Shown here: piece after piece, positions 54,755 to 63,775 of the stretch | How the letters are laid out: each line of letters begins with the position of its first letter | Numbering within the stretch: position 1 is the first letter of the stretch | Source of the DNA: Candidatus Thorarchaeota archaeon | GTDB taxonomy: Archaea; Asgardarchaeota; Thorarchaeia; Thorarchaeales; Thorarchaeaceae | Assembly: GCA_013388835.1 (NCBI GenBank) | Contig: JACAEL010000014.1 | Coordinates: 161,528-225,527, forward strand | Length of the DNA stretch: 64,000 nt | Direction of reading: 5' to 3' | Made by a program: the position numbers and the translations under genes | The notes under the pieces: generated by a model | What the model saw: only the letters and a program-made list of their open reading frames with translations | Told to the model about the DNA's origin: nothing | Database searches by the model: none

Positions 54755-55729
54755 ATGGAGATGGTTGCACTGGCCAGCAGACAACAAAAACCACGAAGAA
54801 CCGTTGACAACAGCCTCAGTCCCCCCGGCTACGTCTGTCCTGCGTGTAACTCCACTGAAATCTTCATTGACGTATCCCGTGGCGAAGCAACATGTGCGAA
54901 TTGCGGTCTTGTTCTGTCCGACCACTCGATTGACATGGGTCCAGAGTGGCGTGCCTTCACTGCTGACGAGCAGAATGCAAGACAGCGAGTCGGAGGCCCG
55001 ACAGACTGGAGCAAGTTCGATCAAGGTCTGACGACCATAATCGGACGGCAGAACGTTGATGCATCAGGACGCAAACTGACATCAACTCGCAGAGCGCAGA
55101 TTCACCGTCTGCGCAAGTGGCAGATTCGAACAAAGGTGCACTCCTCTGACAAGCGCAATCTCGCTGTAGCCATGACCGAGCTTCACCGCATCAGCTCTCA
55201 GCTCAGTATACCCTACTCGATTCGTGAGACCTCCGCGGTGCTGTACAGAAAGGCGTTGAGGAAGCGCCTGACTCGTGGTCGTACTATCTTGGGAATGATT
55301 GCGGCATCACTGTACTTGGCATGTCGTATTCATCAGGTCCCCCGCCCACTGGAAGAGGTGGTTGATCAGATTCACATCACAAGGAAAGAGCTCAGCCTCT
55401 GTGTGAGACTGATCCTTCGCCATCTGAATCTGAAGATTCCCTTCTCCAACCCGATTGAGTTCGTTCATCGCTTTGGCACTGAGCTCAATCTGCCGGGGGA
55501 GGCCAAGAAGAAGGCCATCGACATACTGAACATGGCACGCGAAGAGCGGCTCACGATAGGGAAGGACCCAAAGGGCATGGCCGCTGCAGCGATATACATC
55601 TCAAGTATCCTCACAGGTGCCAGACGCACCCAGCTTGAGATAGCTCGCACAGCCAGAGTCACTGAGGTGACAGTGCGGAATCGCTACAAGGAAATCGTCC
55701 TGAAGCTTGGAATCACTACCAATGAGTAG
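54755..55729 (+). CDS. tfb: transcription initiation factor IIB (TFB)
   Basis: 324 aa. It has an N-terminal zinc ribbon CPACNS...CANCG, a B-reader/linker, and two cyclin-fold repeats (ILGMIAASLYLACR, PKGMAAAAIYISS). Confidence 0.9.
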   Translation: MEMVALASRQQKPRRTVDNSLSPPGYVCPACNSTEIFIDVSRGEATCANCGLVLSDHSIDMGPEWRAFTADEQNARQRVGGPTDWSKFDQGLTTIIGRQNVDASGRKLTSTRRAQIHRLRKWQIRTKVHSSDKRNLAVAMTELHRISSQLSIPYSIRETSAVLYRKALRKRLTRGRTILGMIAASLYLACRIHQVPRPLEEVVDQIHITRKELSLCVRLILRHLNLKIPFSNPIEFVHRFGTELNLPGEAKKKAIDILNMAREERLTIGKDPKGMAAAAIYISSILTGARRTQLEIARTARVTEVTVRNRYKEIVLKLGITTNE

Positions 55730-56081
55730 TACCAAAAAGGCGACCCGATACTGTTCGGGCCGCCCTCCATTTTCGTTGCATGGCTCAGAGTGATACTCAC
55801 GGGCATCCAGACCTGCGGACTGCCGATACAGTGACATGAGTCATGGCGCGCTTCGGAAGGGACACTGAGCAATACCAGTCCCGCAGTGGAATGACTGAGT
55901 GTGCTGAGCACGATTCAAAATGCCACCGTCAGCACATCACGGACCTATTCATGCCTCGATGACTCCAGCTGGCGTGCGCAAGACACGCACCCCAGTCCAG
56001 AATAGCCTTATCTTGTCTGGTGTGGACTTTGCACCCGGGTGTAGGCAGCTGTCCACAAAGCGTTCCATTCTGGGTGTCTGG

Positions 56082-56888
56082 TTGATTGATCGAACCAGAG
56101 GGATGGCGCTGGTTGCCCGCACCTATGAGAAAATAGAGATTGACATGGATCTGATAGCACCGTTTCTCAGTGCTACGCACACATTCATTGACAAGGCATC
56201 CAACGAGTCCCTTCGCACTATCGATACACAGACCAGTCGATACGTGTGGGATGAGACCGAGCAGCTTCTCTTCGTAATGGTCGTGTCCAAGCAGGCCCGG
56301 ACCGGGCACATCCGCTTCCTCCTGAAGTACGCAATGGATGAGTTTCAGAAGAACTTCATTCCCGAAGGGCAGACTGTAGACCATGTGCTCCGGGTCTGGC
56401 ACGGTGACCAGAATTCATTCACTGAGTTTGGCAGGTTTCTCGACGAGCTGGTGTCGCAGTATGAGGTCGCAGGTGACGCTCTGGTCATCGGCAAGTCCAT
56501 GGACTGTCTGGAGGTGTACAACCACCTATTCCGTGCTATCATGAAGGTCAAGACGGACAATAAGACTCGTCAAGAGCTTGTAAGACGGATTGAGGACTCG
56601 TTGCGGCCACTGGCTGAGACATACCCTTTCGTTGGAGGGGTGCCCATAGATGAAGCCGGGGTGGAAGTACTGTCCATTGACCCGGAAGCACAAAGAGTCC
56701 CATATCACGCATTGCGCGCGGCACTGGAGCACATTCTTCTATTAGTTGCCGATACGACCCGGAAGACAGTCGGACGGGATGCATTCCGCGACATGGTATT
56801 CGACAGCGTAATGCCATATGTCAAGCGTGACATGCAGCGGCTGCAGACCTACGCAATACTTGACGACGTGATTCGATACCTCTTCTAA
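56082..56888 (+). CDS. hypothetical protein with N-terminal longin/sigma-adaptin-like alpha-beta domain and ~170-aa helical C-domain
   Basis: ILGVWLIDRTRGMALVARTYEKIEIDMDLIAPFLSATHTFIDKA...SLRTIDTQTSRYVWDETEQLLFVMVVSKQARTGHIRFLLKYAMDEFQKNF follows the b-b-a-b-b-a order of longin folds. The first ATG (56103) would cut strand 1, so TTG at 56082 is proposed. The ORF-track start at 55920 looks too early. Confidence 0.45.
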   Translation: MIDRTRGMALVARTYEKIEIDMDLIAPFLSATHTFIDKASNESLRTIDTQTSRYVWDETEQLLFVMVVSKQARTGHIRFLLKYAMDEFQKNFIPEGQTVDHVLRVWHGDQNSFTEFGRFLDELVSQYEVAGDALVIGKSMDCLEVYNHLFRAIMKVKTDNKTRQELVRRIEDSLRPLAETYPFVGGVPIDEAGVEVLSIDPEAQRVPYHALRAALEHILLLVADTTRKTVGRDAFRDMVFDSVMPYVKRDMQRLQTYAILDDVIRYLF

Positions 56889-58222
56889 TCCAAGCCCAGC
56901 ATGAGGACCTCTCTTTGGACGATCTGTCCGCGTTTTCTCTCCGGGAGTCTTGTACGTTCTGGTCTTATAGCAACCTCCCTGTTCTTCACAGAGTCCGGAA
57001 AGACTTCGCGAGGCAGAAGTGTGTGTACTGTGAAGGCGGTGTTCTCCACCATCTTGTCAAGATTCACGAGGACCGGTCCCTGTTTGCTCACGACCACCGG
57101 GACAGTCATACCAACCCGGCCCCCTGGTCTGAGGACGGACTGCAGACTGACCAGACAGTCCCTATAGAGCTCGGTCAGTTGAGCAACGGAACTCTCGGCC
57201 TCCTCCCGACTTGGAGCCTCCTCGTAGACTGGTCCCAGGTCGGGTTCGAAGGCGACAGCATCAACCTGTTCTTTGACGGTTTCTGGCAACTTCCTGGCGT
57301 CGCCGTGTTCTATTCTGAAGACGAGTTGTTCACCCATCTCTTTTGCAAGCCACACCATGTTCCTCCGGGCGCCTTGTACCGCATCGTGCGAGTTGTCCAC
57401 ACCTATACACCTCATATCAAGGACAGCTGCCTCCATGAGGATGGTCCCTGTGCCGCAGAACGGGTCAAGTACAGTGCAGCCGGGCTTTGCCCCTGAGAGA
57501 GTGAGCAGTGTTCTGCAGAGCTTAGGGCTTGTACTTATCTGAGCTGAGATGTATGGCCGTGACTCATCCCGGTGCCGTTGAAACAACGAGTCATACACGG
57601 CAATGGTCCTTGCAAGATACATCCTCTCGGTTGTCAGGGCCGCCAGAATCTCTGCATTCGGAGGGACGAGCAGACTGTGAAGAGCGATGGTCTGAGGCCA
57701 GAGTGCAGTGCTTGGGCGCTCCGGTTTTCTCTTGTCCGGACCTTCATATGCATAGTATGAGGCCTTCTTGGCACCGAGTTGGGTCAGTCGCCTCTTGATG
57801 AACTCATCCAGTCCTAGGGTGAGCTTTCCAAGGTCGACTGGAGAGTCCTTGGCAGCGGGATATGTGCTGACGCCATACTTGATTCTTGCCCCTGCTGGTC
57901 GGGGCCAGACCTTTCCAAGCCATGAACACTCTTCTAACTTCTCTCGAGCTTCCTTCACGATTCTTCCTCTTCTCGGAAAAGCTCTGAGGATCAAGCCGAG
58001 TTCATAAGACGTGACTACTCTTCCTGTCTTGAAACAGCCGCCAAGCCCCGCTTGAATCTCCACAAGCTCTTCGTCTGTGAACTGGCGGTCTGTCTCTATG
58101 ACCACACTTGTTCGAGAGTAGTCCTTGACCTTGAAGTCGATACGGAGATCCCCAAGAGACACAAGCAGCTCAGCTATGGAGAGTGTCCAGTTCTTGCCGA
58201 GGATAAACAAGTAGTCTGTCAT
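56885..58222 (-). CDS. SAM-dependent RNA methyltransferase, Trm11/UPF0020-like with N-terminal THUMP-like region
   Basis: 445 aa. Motif I is TVLDPFCGTGTILMEAA. The position of the usual DPPYG motif IV reads FEPDLGP. Confidence 0.6.
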   Translation of the reverse strand: MTDYLFILGKNWTLSIAELLVSLGDLRIDFKVKDYSRTSVVIETDRQFTDEELVEIQAGLGGCFKTGRVVTSYELGLILRAFPRRGRIVKEAREKLEECSWLGKVWPRPAGARIKYGVSTYPAAKDSPVDLGKLTLGLDEFIKRRLTQLGAKKASYYAYEGPDKRKPERPSTALWPQTIALHSLLVPPNAEILAALTTERMYLARTIAVYDSLFQRHRDESRPYISAQISTSPKLCRTLLTLSGAKPGCTVLDPFCGTGTILMEAAVLDMRCIGVDNSHDAVQGARRNMVWLAKEMGEQLVFRIEHGDARKLPETVKEQVDAVAFEPDLGPVYEEAPSREEAESSVAQLTELYRDCLVSLQSVLRPGGRVGMTVPVVVSKQGPVLVNLDKMVENTAFTVHTLLPREVFPDSVKNREVAIRPERTRLPERKRGQIVQREVLMLGLD

Positions 58223-59055
58223 TGCTTAGACCTCTCCAGCTGGTCCACCAAGTGTTTGATGTATAGTGCGCCCTCGATAGGCTCAGGCGTCTCAGATATG
58301 AACGTCGGGTTGTAGCCGTTCTCCATGCACAACTGGATAAGCGGCAGTATGTCCGGTCCCCACTCTCCACCCAGCGGTCTGTGTTCTTTCTCGCCCTTCT
58401 CCCCATATACAATCCCGCTCACATGGAAGTGCATGTTCTTCAGGAACCTGTCTCCGAGGCTCTCCTCAAGTAACGAAAGGACCTCCCTGTAGCTGCGGCT
58501 GTCTCCCATCTCGCCCTTCGTCCTTGCATATAGATGTGCCCAGTCAACGGTGGGGATGCAATACTCTAGTTCAGAACAGAGTCTGATGACCTCCTCTATC
58601 GAGCCGAAGTTGTTTGTCTTGCCTGCAGTTTCAGGTGCAAGGAATGTCCCATGTGCAGACTTCCCCGCTGTGTGCCAGACCTCGCTCAGGGCATCTCTCA
58701 CCGTTACAAAGGCTGACTCCGCGTCTAGTCCTCCGTATGTACCGGGATGGAAGACGACTCGCTTCACGTTCATTAGGGGCGCAAACGTGAGCGCTTGAAC
58801 AAGCCTGTATTTCGACCTCTCTCTGATAGCAGGGTCCTTTGATGCAAGAGAGATGTAATATGCCGCGTGCATACTCATCTGAACGCCTGTGGCCTTGGAG
58901 AGATCACCGACCAACCTTGCCTTCTCCTCATTGATTCGCAACCCGTAGACCGCAGCATACTCGAGAGCGTTTAGCCCAGCGTCTCTCAGCAAGGCAAAGA
59001 CGGCGTCGGCACTGCCCTTTGCTTCCTCAGGGTATCCCGACGGACCGAAGTACAC
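58219..59055 (-). CDS. endonuclease IV-like / xylose-isomerase-like TIM-barrel protein (AP endonuclease family 2)
   Basis: 278 aa. The metal-ligand pattern is VFHPGTYGG, LAPETAGKTNNFGSIEEV, TVDWAHLYA and HFHVSG. There is a 4-nt overlap with the downstream methyltransferase gene. Confidence 0.65.
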   Translation of the reverse strand: MYFGPSGYPEEAKGSADAVFALLRDAGLNALEYAAVYGLRINEEKARLVGDLSKATGVQMSMHAAYYISLASKDPAIRERSKYRLVQALTFAPLMNVKRVVFHPGTYGGLDAESAFVTVRDALSEVWHTAGKSAHGTFLAPETAGKTNNFGSIEEVIRLCSELEYCIPTVDWAHLYARTKGEMGDSRSYREVLSLLEESLGDRFLKNMHFHVSGIVYGEKGEKEHRPLGGEWGPDILPLIQLCMENGYNPTFISETPEPIEGALYIKHLVDQLERSKQ

Positions 59056-59073
59056 CCACTGTCACCCCCTGAC

Positions 59074-59577
59074 TCACTGGAGTGTGAATTCCCATGAGCA
59101 GTACGCGTCATCGGGATGGTCGTCCGGTGGACAGAAGAGACATCTGGTCTTGATTCTGGGGTCCACTGCCTTGGCGAACTCCTCATACTCAATCATTCCG
59201 ACTGGTTTGCATGGATGGTCTGGCAGACCCTTCCTCTTTCTTGCAGTCTGAACTCTGCAGCCCTTCATGGTGAAGACTAGCGTCCTGTCATCTTTCCACT
59301 CGGTCGTCTGCTCGTTGAGCACGGCATAGACCCGCAGACCGAGCGCTCTCTCTAGTGCCTTGAGACCACCGTTCTCGGGTATCTCGAACTCCTTCATGAT
59401 CCTCTTTGCTTCTATGGGCGAGAAGATTCGCCATGCCGCCTTGTCCATCTCTATGGCGGCCTCCATCCCATATGCCTGCTCGATGCTCAGGAAGTATGCG
59501 CCATCCATGGCTTGCCATGCCTTTGCATACATGTCTACAAGTCTGAGCAGGTCTTCGCGAGTCATCTTCTCTATCAT
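59074..59577 (-). CDS. hypothetical protein (possibly DUF6125-like)
   Basis: 167 aa, helical N-half, with C-terminal Cys/His residues (GCRV...HPCKP...CLFCPPDDH...CSWEF). The family name is a weak recollection. Confidence 0.4.
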   Translation of the reverse strand: MIEKMTREDLLRLVDMYAKAWQAMDGAYFLSIEQAYGMEAAIEMDKAAWRIFSPIEAKRIMKEFEIPENGGLKALERALGLRVYAVLNEQTTEWKDDRTLVFTMKGCRVQTARKRKGLPDHPCKPVGMIEYEEFAKAVDPRIKTRCLFCPPDDHPDDAYCSWEFTLQ

Positions 59578-59690
59578 GAGTCATCCGAGTCTAGGCGGAG
59601 CTGTATTGCATATGAGTGCTTGGGTTCAATGCTTCGGCTCTCGAAACGCTTTAATCATGCGCAGAGAGGACTTGGACGGGTGTCACGACA

Positions 59691-60587
59691 GTGGATGCAC
59701 GAGCTCTGTTCAGCATAATCCGTCCTCAGAACTGCTTAATCGGCGGTCTGACGGTCATATCTGGAATCTCCATTGCATTCTACGTCAGCCCCGTTGGTGT
59801 ATATGCGGACTACTACTTGACCCTGCTTATCGCGTACCTCACCTACTTCTTCGTTGCTGCTGGCGGAAACGTCGTGAATGACATCTTTGACATCGAGGTT
59901 GACCGTATCAACCGCCCTCACAGAGTCCTTCCAAGCGGCCGTATGACCGTCAGACAGGCGTGGGCTTACGTAGTGGTTCTGGGCATACTGGGCATTGTCC
60001 TAGCCCTGCTGAATGGAGTACTAGGTGCACTGCTTGTCATCACCTTCATACTGGTCGGATACGCGTACGCGGCCAAGGTCAAGACGCTTGGGATTGCGGG
60101 CAACTTCATGGTTGCGTTTTCCTTTGCGTTCGGAGTGATATACGGCTCTTTCATATATGGAGAGCAGACTGGCGTGCTGTCAATACCTCTCCCGACTTGG
60201 CTCTTCTTTGTCACCGCTTTCATGATACTTCAGGCCAGAGAGACCATCAAAGGAGCAGAGGACGTGGAGGGTGACACGCTTCGAGACGTACGCACCATTG
60301 CTAGAGTCCATGGCCACCGTGTCGCAGCAGCAGTTGCGGCGCTGTTCAACGTCATTGGCGTCGTATGCTATGCACTCGTCTGGTTCTTGGGTTTCGCCAG
60401 TTGGGACCTGTGGCTGCTTATGGTAGTCGGGTCCGTGGTTGTGATTGGTGCAGCAGTCTCTCCCATGACTGGCCCCGCGGACAAGAAACGACTACTCATC
60501 GGCAGTACGCTGGACAAGGTCGGAGCACTGGTTGGGCTCATCGCGTTCGTCGTGATTCCGCTCTACGGTATCTTCTTCGCACCGTGA
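59691..60587 (+). CDS. UbiA-family prenyltransferase, digeranylgeranylglyceryl phosphate synthase-like
   Basis: 298 aa with a GTG start and 8-9 TM helices. It has NVVNDIFDIEVDRINRPHRVLPSG and a second Asp-rich motif KGAEDVEGD. Confidence 0.8.
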   Translation: MDARALFSIIRPQNCLIGGLTVISGISIAFYVSPVGVYADYYLTLLIAYLTYFFVAAGGNVVNDIFDIEVDRINRPHRVLPSGRMTVRQAWAYVVVLGILGIVLALLNGVLGALLVITFILVGYAYAAKVKTLGIAGNFMVAFSFAFGVIYGSFIYGEQTGVLSIPLPTWLFFVTAFMILQARETIKGAEDVEGDTLRDVRTIARVHGHRVAAAVAALFNVIGVVCYALVWFLGFASWDLWLLMVVGSVVVIGAAVSPMTGPADKKRLLIGSTLDKVGALVGLIAFVVIPLYGIFFAP

Positions 60588-60590
60588 GAC

Positions 60591-61394
60591 CTAGTGTGCT
60601 TGCCAGAAGGTCCAGATGAGTACAATCATACAGAGTGCGGACACCACCATGGCCCAGAGTGTCGAGGTGTCATGTGCCTCCCGTATCCCAAAGATGAGGA
60701 CAAAGCCGACCCAGAAGAACGCTGCAGTTGTCATGTAGTCGACTATCACCCACACGCTCGATGTGTATATGCTCTCCACTATCTGCGACCATGCGTTCAG
60801 GCTAGTTATGTTCTGTCCTGGCATTGCCGCGGCGATGACGACTACTGCGAGTAACCGAACAACAATCACGGGGACCATGCTATAGCCCACTATAGACCCG
60901 GTCTTTCGAAAGTTGCCGGTTCCTCCAGTGATTTTGAACGCAAGATGAGCAAACATGGATCCGAAGACAAGGTAGATGATACCGAGCAGCATGTTGGGAA
61001 TGATTGAGACAAGGGCTGTTCCCCAAAATGGTGTTGAGTATCCGCTCAGCAAGACGTTGGTTTCGACAATGGTGCCATTCACGTTGACGTTGACTGTGAA
61101 CTTGGAGGACACAGTAAGAAAGACTAGGGCCATGAGTGCTGCATTGACCATGATTATCATCATGGGTCCTGTCATCTCAGGCCTTCTTCCGATGTCGCGA
61201 TAGGTTGTCGCGGGTCTCCTTATGACCCCCCATATCCTGCTGATTGGAGTCATCGCACGCATTTCCGGTGCTTCGGGCCTCTTGAGTATGGGGAGTATCC
61301 GCTCTAGCGTCTCTTCGGCGATGCTCTCCTTACAGACGGGACAGACTGTTGCATCTGCAGGTACGGGACTGTCACAGAAGACACATCTACGCAC
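60591..61394 (-). CDS. Yip1-domain membrane protein with N-terminal zinc ribbon
   Basis: 267 aa. It starts CVFCDS...CPVCK, followed by five TM helices with a Yip1/DUF1282-like layout. Confidence 0.6.
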   Translation of the reverse strand: MRRCVFCDSPVPADATVCPVCKESIAEETLERILPILKRPEAPEMRAMTPISRIWGVIRRPATTYRDIGRRPEMTGPMMIIMVNAALMALVFLTVSSKFTVNVNVNGTIVETNVLLSGYSTPFWGTALVSIIPNMLLGIIYLVFGSMFAHLAFKITGGTGNFRKTGSIVGYSMVPVIVVRLLAVVVIAAAMPGQNITSLNAWSQIVESIYTSSVWVIVDYMTTAAFFWVGFVLIFGIREAHDTSTLWAMVVSALCMIVLIWTFWQAH

Positions 61395-61507
61395 TGTCTA
61401 TCAACTCGGGCATTGGTGATGCAATGCCAAACTACTTGTTGCCTGCGTTTGTATTTAAGCCATTTCTGACTGTTGCGTGTCCCCCTCCTGCCTTCAACAG
61501 ACGCGCT

Positions 61508-62155
61508 CTACCACATCCTGAAGTTCTCGAACAGCGGTGTTCTGTGAACGACCACGAATGGGACTATGGCGTCGAATATGCTCGTTGTGGTGTTGATAAT
61601 CAGCACGTACTCGATGATATAGACCTCCCAGCCTGGGTTGACTGTCAGGAATGGCATCAATATGGGTATGATAAGCAGGTTGAGCGGAATCATGATTGCG
61701 AGTCTGATCAGATAACCGGCAATCATGGCCACACCATAAAGCTCTGGTCTTGAGAGTGCCCGGCCTTCTGAGGGCTTCTTGGTCTTAACCGCAAGATATG
61801 CCATCACCATCAATGGCAGCGTAGCCAGGAACTTGAACATGGGTCCTATCCCTGTTGGATCGAAAAAGAAGAGCCCCAGTGTGCCTGCGGTTATGCAGAT
61901 TGCGCCAACATACGGTCCACCGAGAAGTAGGCCGATGATCCAGAATATGGAGACCGGATCGAAGAAGGCAATACCCCATCCCGGGATTCTTGGGATTAGA
62001 GCTGCTATCGGGCTGACTGCTATTGAGAGTCCGGCGAGCAGCGCCCCTGAAACCAGTCTCTGTGTTCTGATGTCGTTCAGCAACTTCTCGTTCGGTGAGA
62101 GATGGGACTCCTCCGAATCCATGGGTTGAGCCTCTTCAACCTTCTCGATTGTCAT
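61508..62155 (-). CDS. integral membrane protein, ECF-transporter S-component-like
   Basis: 215 aa with 5-6 TM helices and Gly-rich helices (GLLLGGPYVGAICITAGTLG). Confidence 0.45.
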   Translation of the reverse strand: MTIEKVEEAQPMDSEESHLSPNEKLLNDIRTQRLVSGALLAGLSIAVSPIAALIPRIPGWGIAFFDPVSIFWIIGLLLGGPYVGAICITAGTLGLFFFDPTGIGPMFKFLATLPLMVMAYLAVKTKKPSEGRALSRPELYGVAMIAGYLIRLAIMIPLNLLIIPILMPFLTVNPGWEVYIIEYVLIINTTTSIFDAIVPFVVVHRTPLFENFRMW

Positions 62156-62206
62156 GGAGTCGGGGTCACCAAGCCTCCCTTTTAAAGCTTACTCACAGAA
62201 CACTAC

Positions 62207-62590
62207 TTACTCAGAATTGGGTAGACCTTTGGAGTCAAATGCATCCACAAATCGTTTCGGTCCCGGTTGTGACTCACCACCCAGCTCCGTCTGCGCTCTG
62301 GTACGTGCGATCATCTGGAGCAATTTCCTTGTCGGATTGAGTAGCTCCGGGTTGATTCTCCATTCGGCCCAGTCGAAGCCAGATGACAGAGAGGACCTGC
62401 TCAGTATGAGTCTTGAGGCTACCAGTTCGTTGAGACCGTTTAGAATCGTGCCGACAGTGACTGCGCCAACTATTGGACGTACCTGTCTGGCTACCCGCAA
62501 CAAGTCCGCGGTGGTGACCCATCCTCCATCCTCTATCAAGAGCCGCAGTACTTTTGAGCGAACCGGGTCCGATTCAAGCACGCCCTTCAA
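62207..62590 (-). CDS. winged-helix DNA-binding protein (start uncertain)
   Basis: Only the C-terminal ~127 codons of ORF 62207-63058 look real: DPVRSKVLRLLIEDGGWVTTADLLRVARQVRPIVGAVTVGTILNGLNELVASRLI. A TTG at 62590 or GTG at 62581 is proposed as the start. The upstream part overlaps the better + strand gene. Confidence 0.45.
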   Translation of the reverse strand: MKGVLESDPVRSKVLRLLIEDGGWVTTADLLRVARQVRPIVGAVTVGTILNGLNELVASRLILSRSSLSSGFDWAEWRINPELLNPTRKLLQMIARTRAQTELGGESQPGPKRFVDAFDSKGLPNSE

Positions 62591-62806
62591 GGGGGCTAGA
62601 TTCAGATATTGAGACCTGGGCTGTGATTCGGGCCCCGTCCATGGTCCAGTCGGTGCGCCTTCGTGTCCTCTGAATGTCACTTGGCATCTCCAGTATACAG
62701 ACAGCGGACAATGACTCATGAACTGAAGTATTACTTGGACGAGTGTGCATGGACTTTGCACAACCCTTAATACAGATGCAAGCCACTGCATGTGATGGGC
62801 GTAAAG

Positions 62807-63202
62807 ATGACACAGGACGGATTGAGTGGTCTCTTTAAGAAGGAGTTCAACAAGCCATCCGACCTCTTGTGCTGCGCCTTTGGTCTCAGGAGCAGCGAGA
62901 TTGACACCTATTTCGCTCTCCTCTCGGGCGAAAAGACCGTGGAGGAGCTCACTGCTGTGGTCAGACGGGATCGGAGCACGGTGCAGAGGATTCTGACCCA
63001 GCTCTACAGCAAGGGTCTTGTCGAGCGTGAGACACGCTACTTTGAGAGAGGCGGACACTACTACGTGTATCGAGGAGTCTCTACTGAGAGAGTCCGGAAG
63101 GAGATTCTTGACCAGCTTGAACAGTGGTACCGGAACACCAGAACCTTCTTATTGAAATCGTGGCCCGGGAGCAGCCAGCCCGCACGGGAGATGACGACCT
63201 GA
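62807..63202 (+). CDS. TrmB/ArsR-like winged-helix transcriptional regulator
   Basis: GLRSSEIDTYFALLSGEKTVEELTAVVRRDRSTVQRILTQLYSKGLVERE is an HTH plus wing pattern. The ORF spans 62792-63202, with the preferred ATG at 62807. Confidence 0.65.
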   Translation: MTQDGLSGLFKKEFNKPSDLLCCAFGLRSSEIDTYFALLSGEKTVEELTAVVRRDRSTVQRILTQLYSKGLVERETRYFERGGHYYVYRGVSTERVRKEILDQLEQWYRNTRTFLLKSWPGSSQPAREMTT

Positions 63203-63775
63203 TTGTCCATGTTCAAGACCGAGAGAGTCGTGACTATTACTGTACTGGCCATGATTGCAGCGATTGGTATTGTTGTGAGGATGTTCGTAAAGATTGCAGT
63301 CGTGCCCGGACTTGTGGAACTCACACCGGGTTTCATGTTCTCGTTGTTAGGTGGTGTCGTAGGTGGTATACCTGGAGGTGTGCTCGTAGGTACCATCGTG
63401 GGCATTGGTGGTGCTCTTGCAGGGGGTGAGCCCCCTCTTCTGCCGATGATAGGCAACATCTGCCTCGGCATCGGTACAGGCATCGCGTGGTATGCTTCCA
63501 AGGACCGCAACACTTACCGCTTCTGGGTTGCCGCCATCGTCGGCGGCGCAGTGATTGGCGGCTTTATCCCAAGCATGACTATCTTTGCCTCTTTCACAGA
63601 GTCACTCACTGGGGCAGTGGCCGTTGCACTCATTGATGCAGCTCAAGCCTGCTTGTGGGCAATAGTCGCGCTGTTGGTTGACAGACTAATCATAAAGCCT
63701 ATAGCAGGTCCCTACCTCCACCCGGACACGTATAGAGAAGAGCACCGGGAAGAGGAAAGGACCGAGTCATCATGA
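63203..63775 (+). CDS. integral membrane protein, ECF S-component-like, translationally coupled to hypB
   Basis: 190 aa with Gly-rich TM helices. Its stop overlaps the hypB ATG (ATGA at 63772-63775). Confidence 0.5.
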   Translation: MSMFKTERVVTITVLAMIAAIGIVVRMFVKIAVVPGLVELTPGFMFSLLGGVVGGIPGGVLVGTIVGIGGALAGGEPPLLPMIGNICLGIGTGIAWYASKDRNTYRFWVAAIVGGAVIGGFIPSMTIFASFTESLTGAVAVALIDAAQACLWAIVALLVDRLIIKPIAGPYLHPDTYREEHREEERTESS

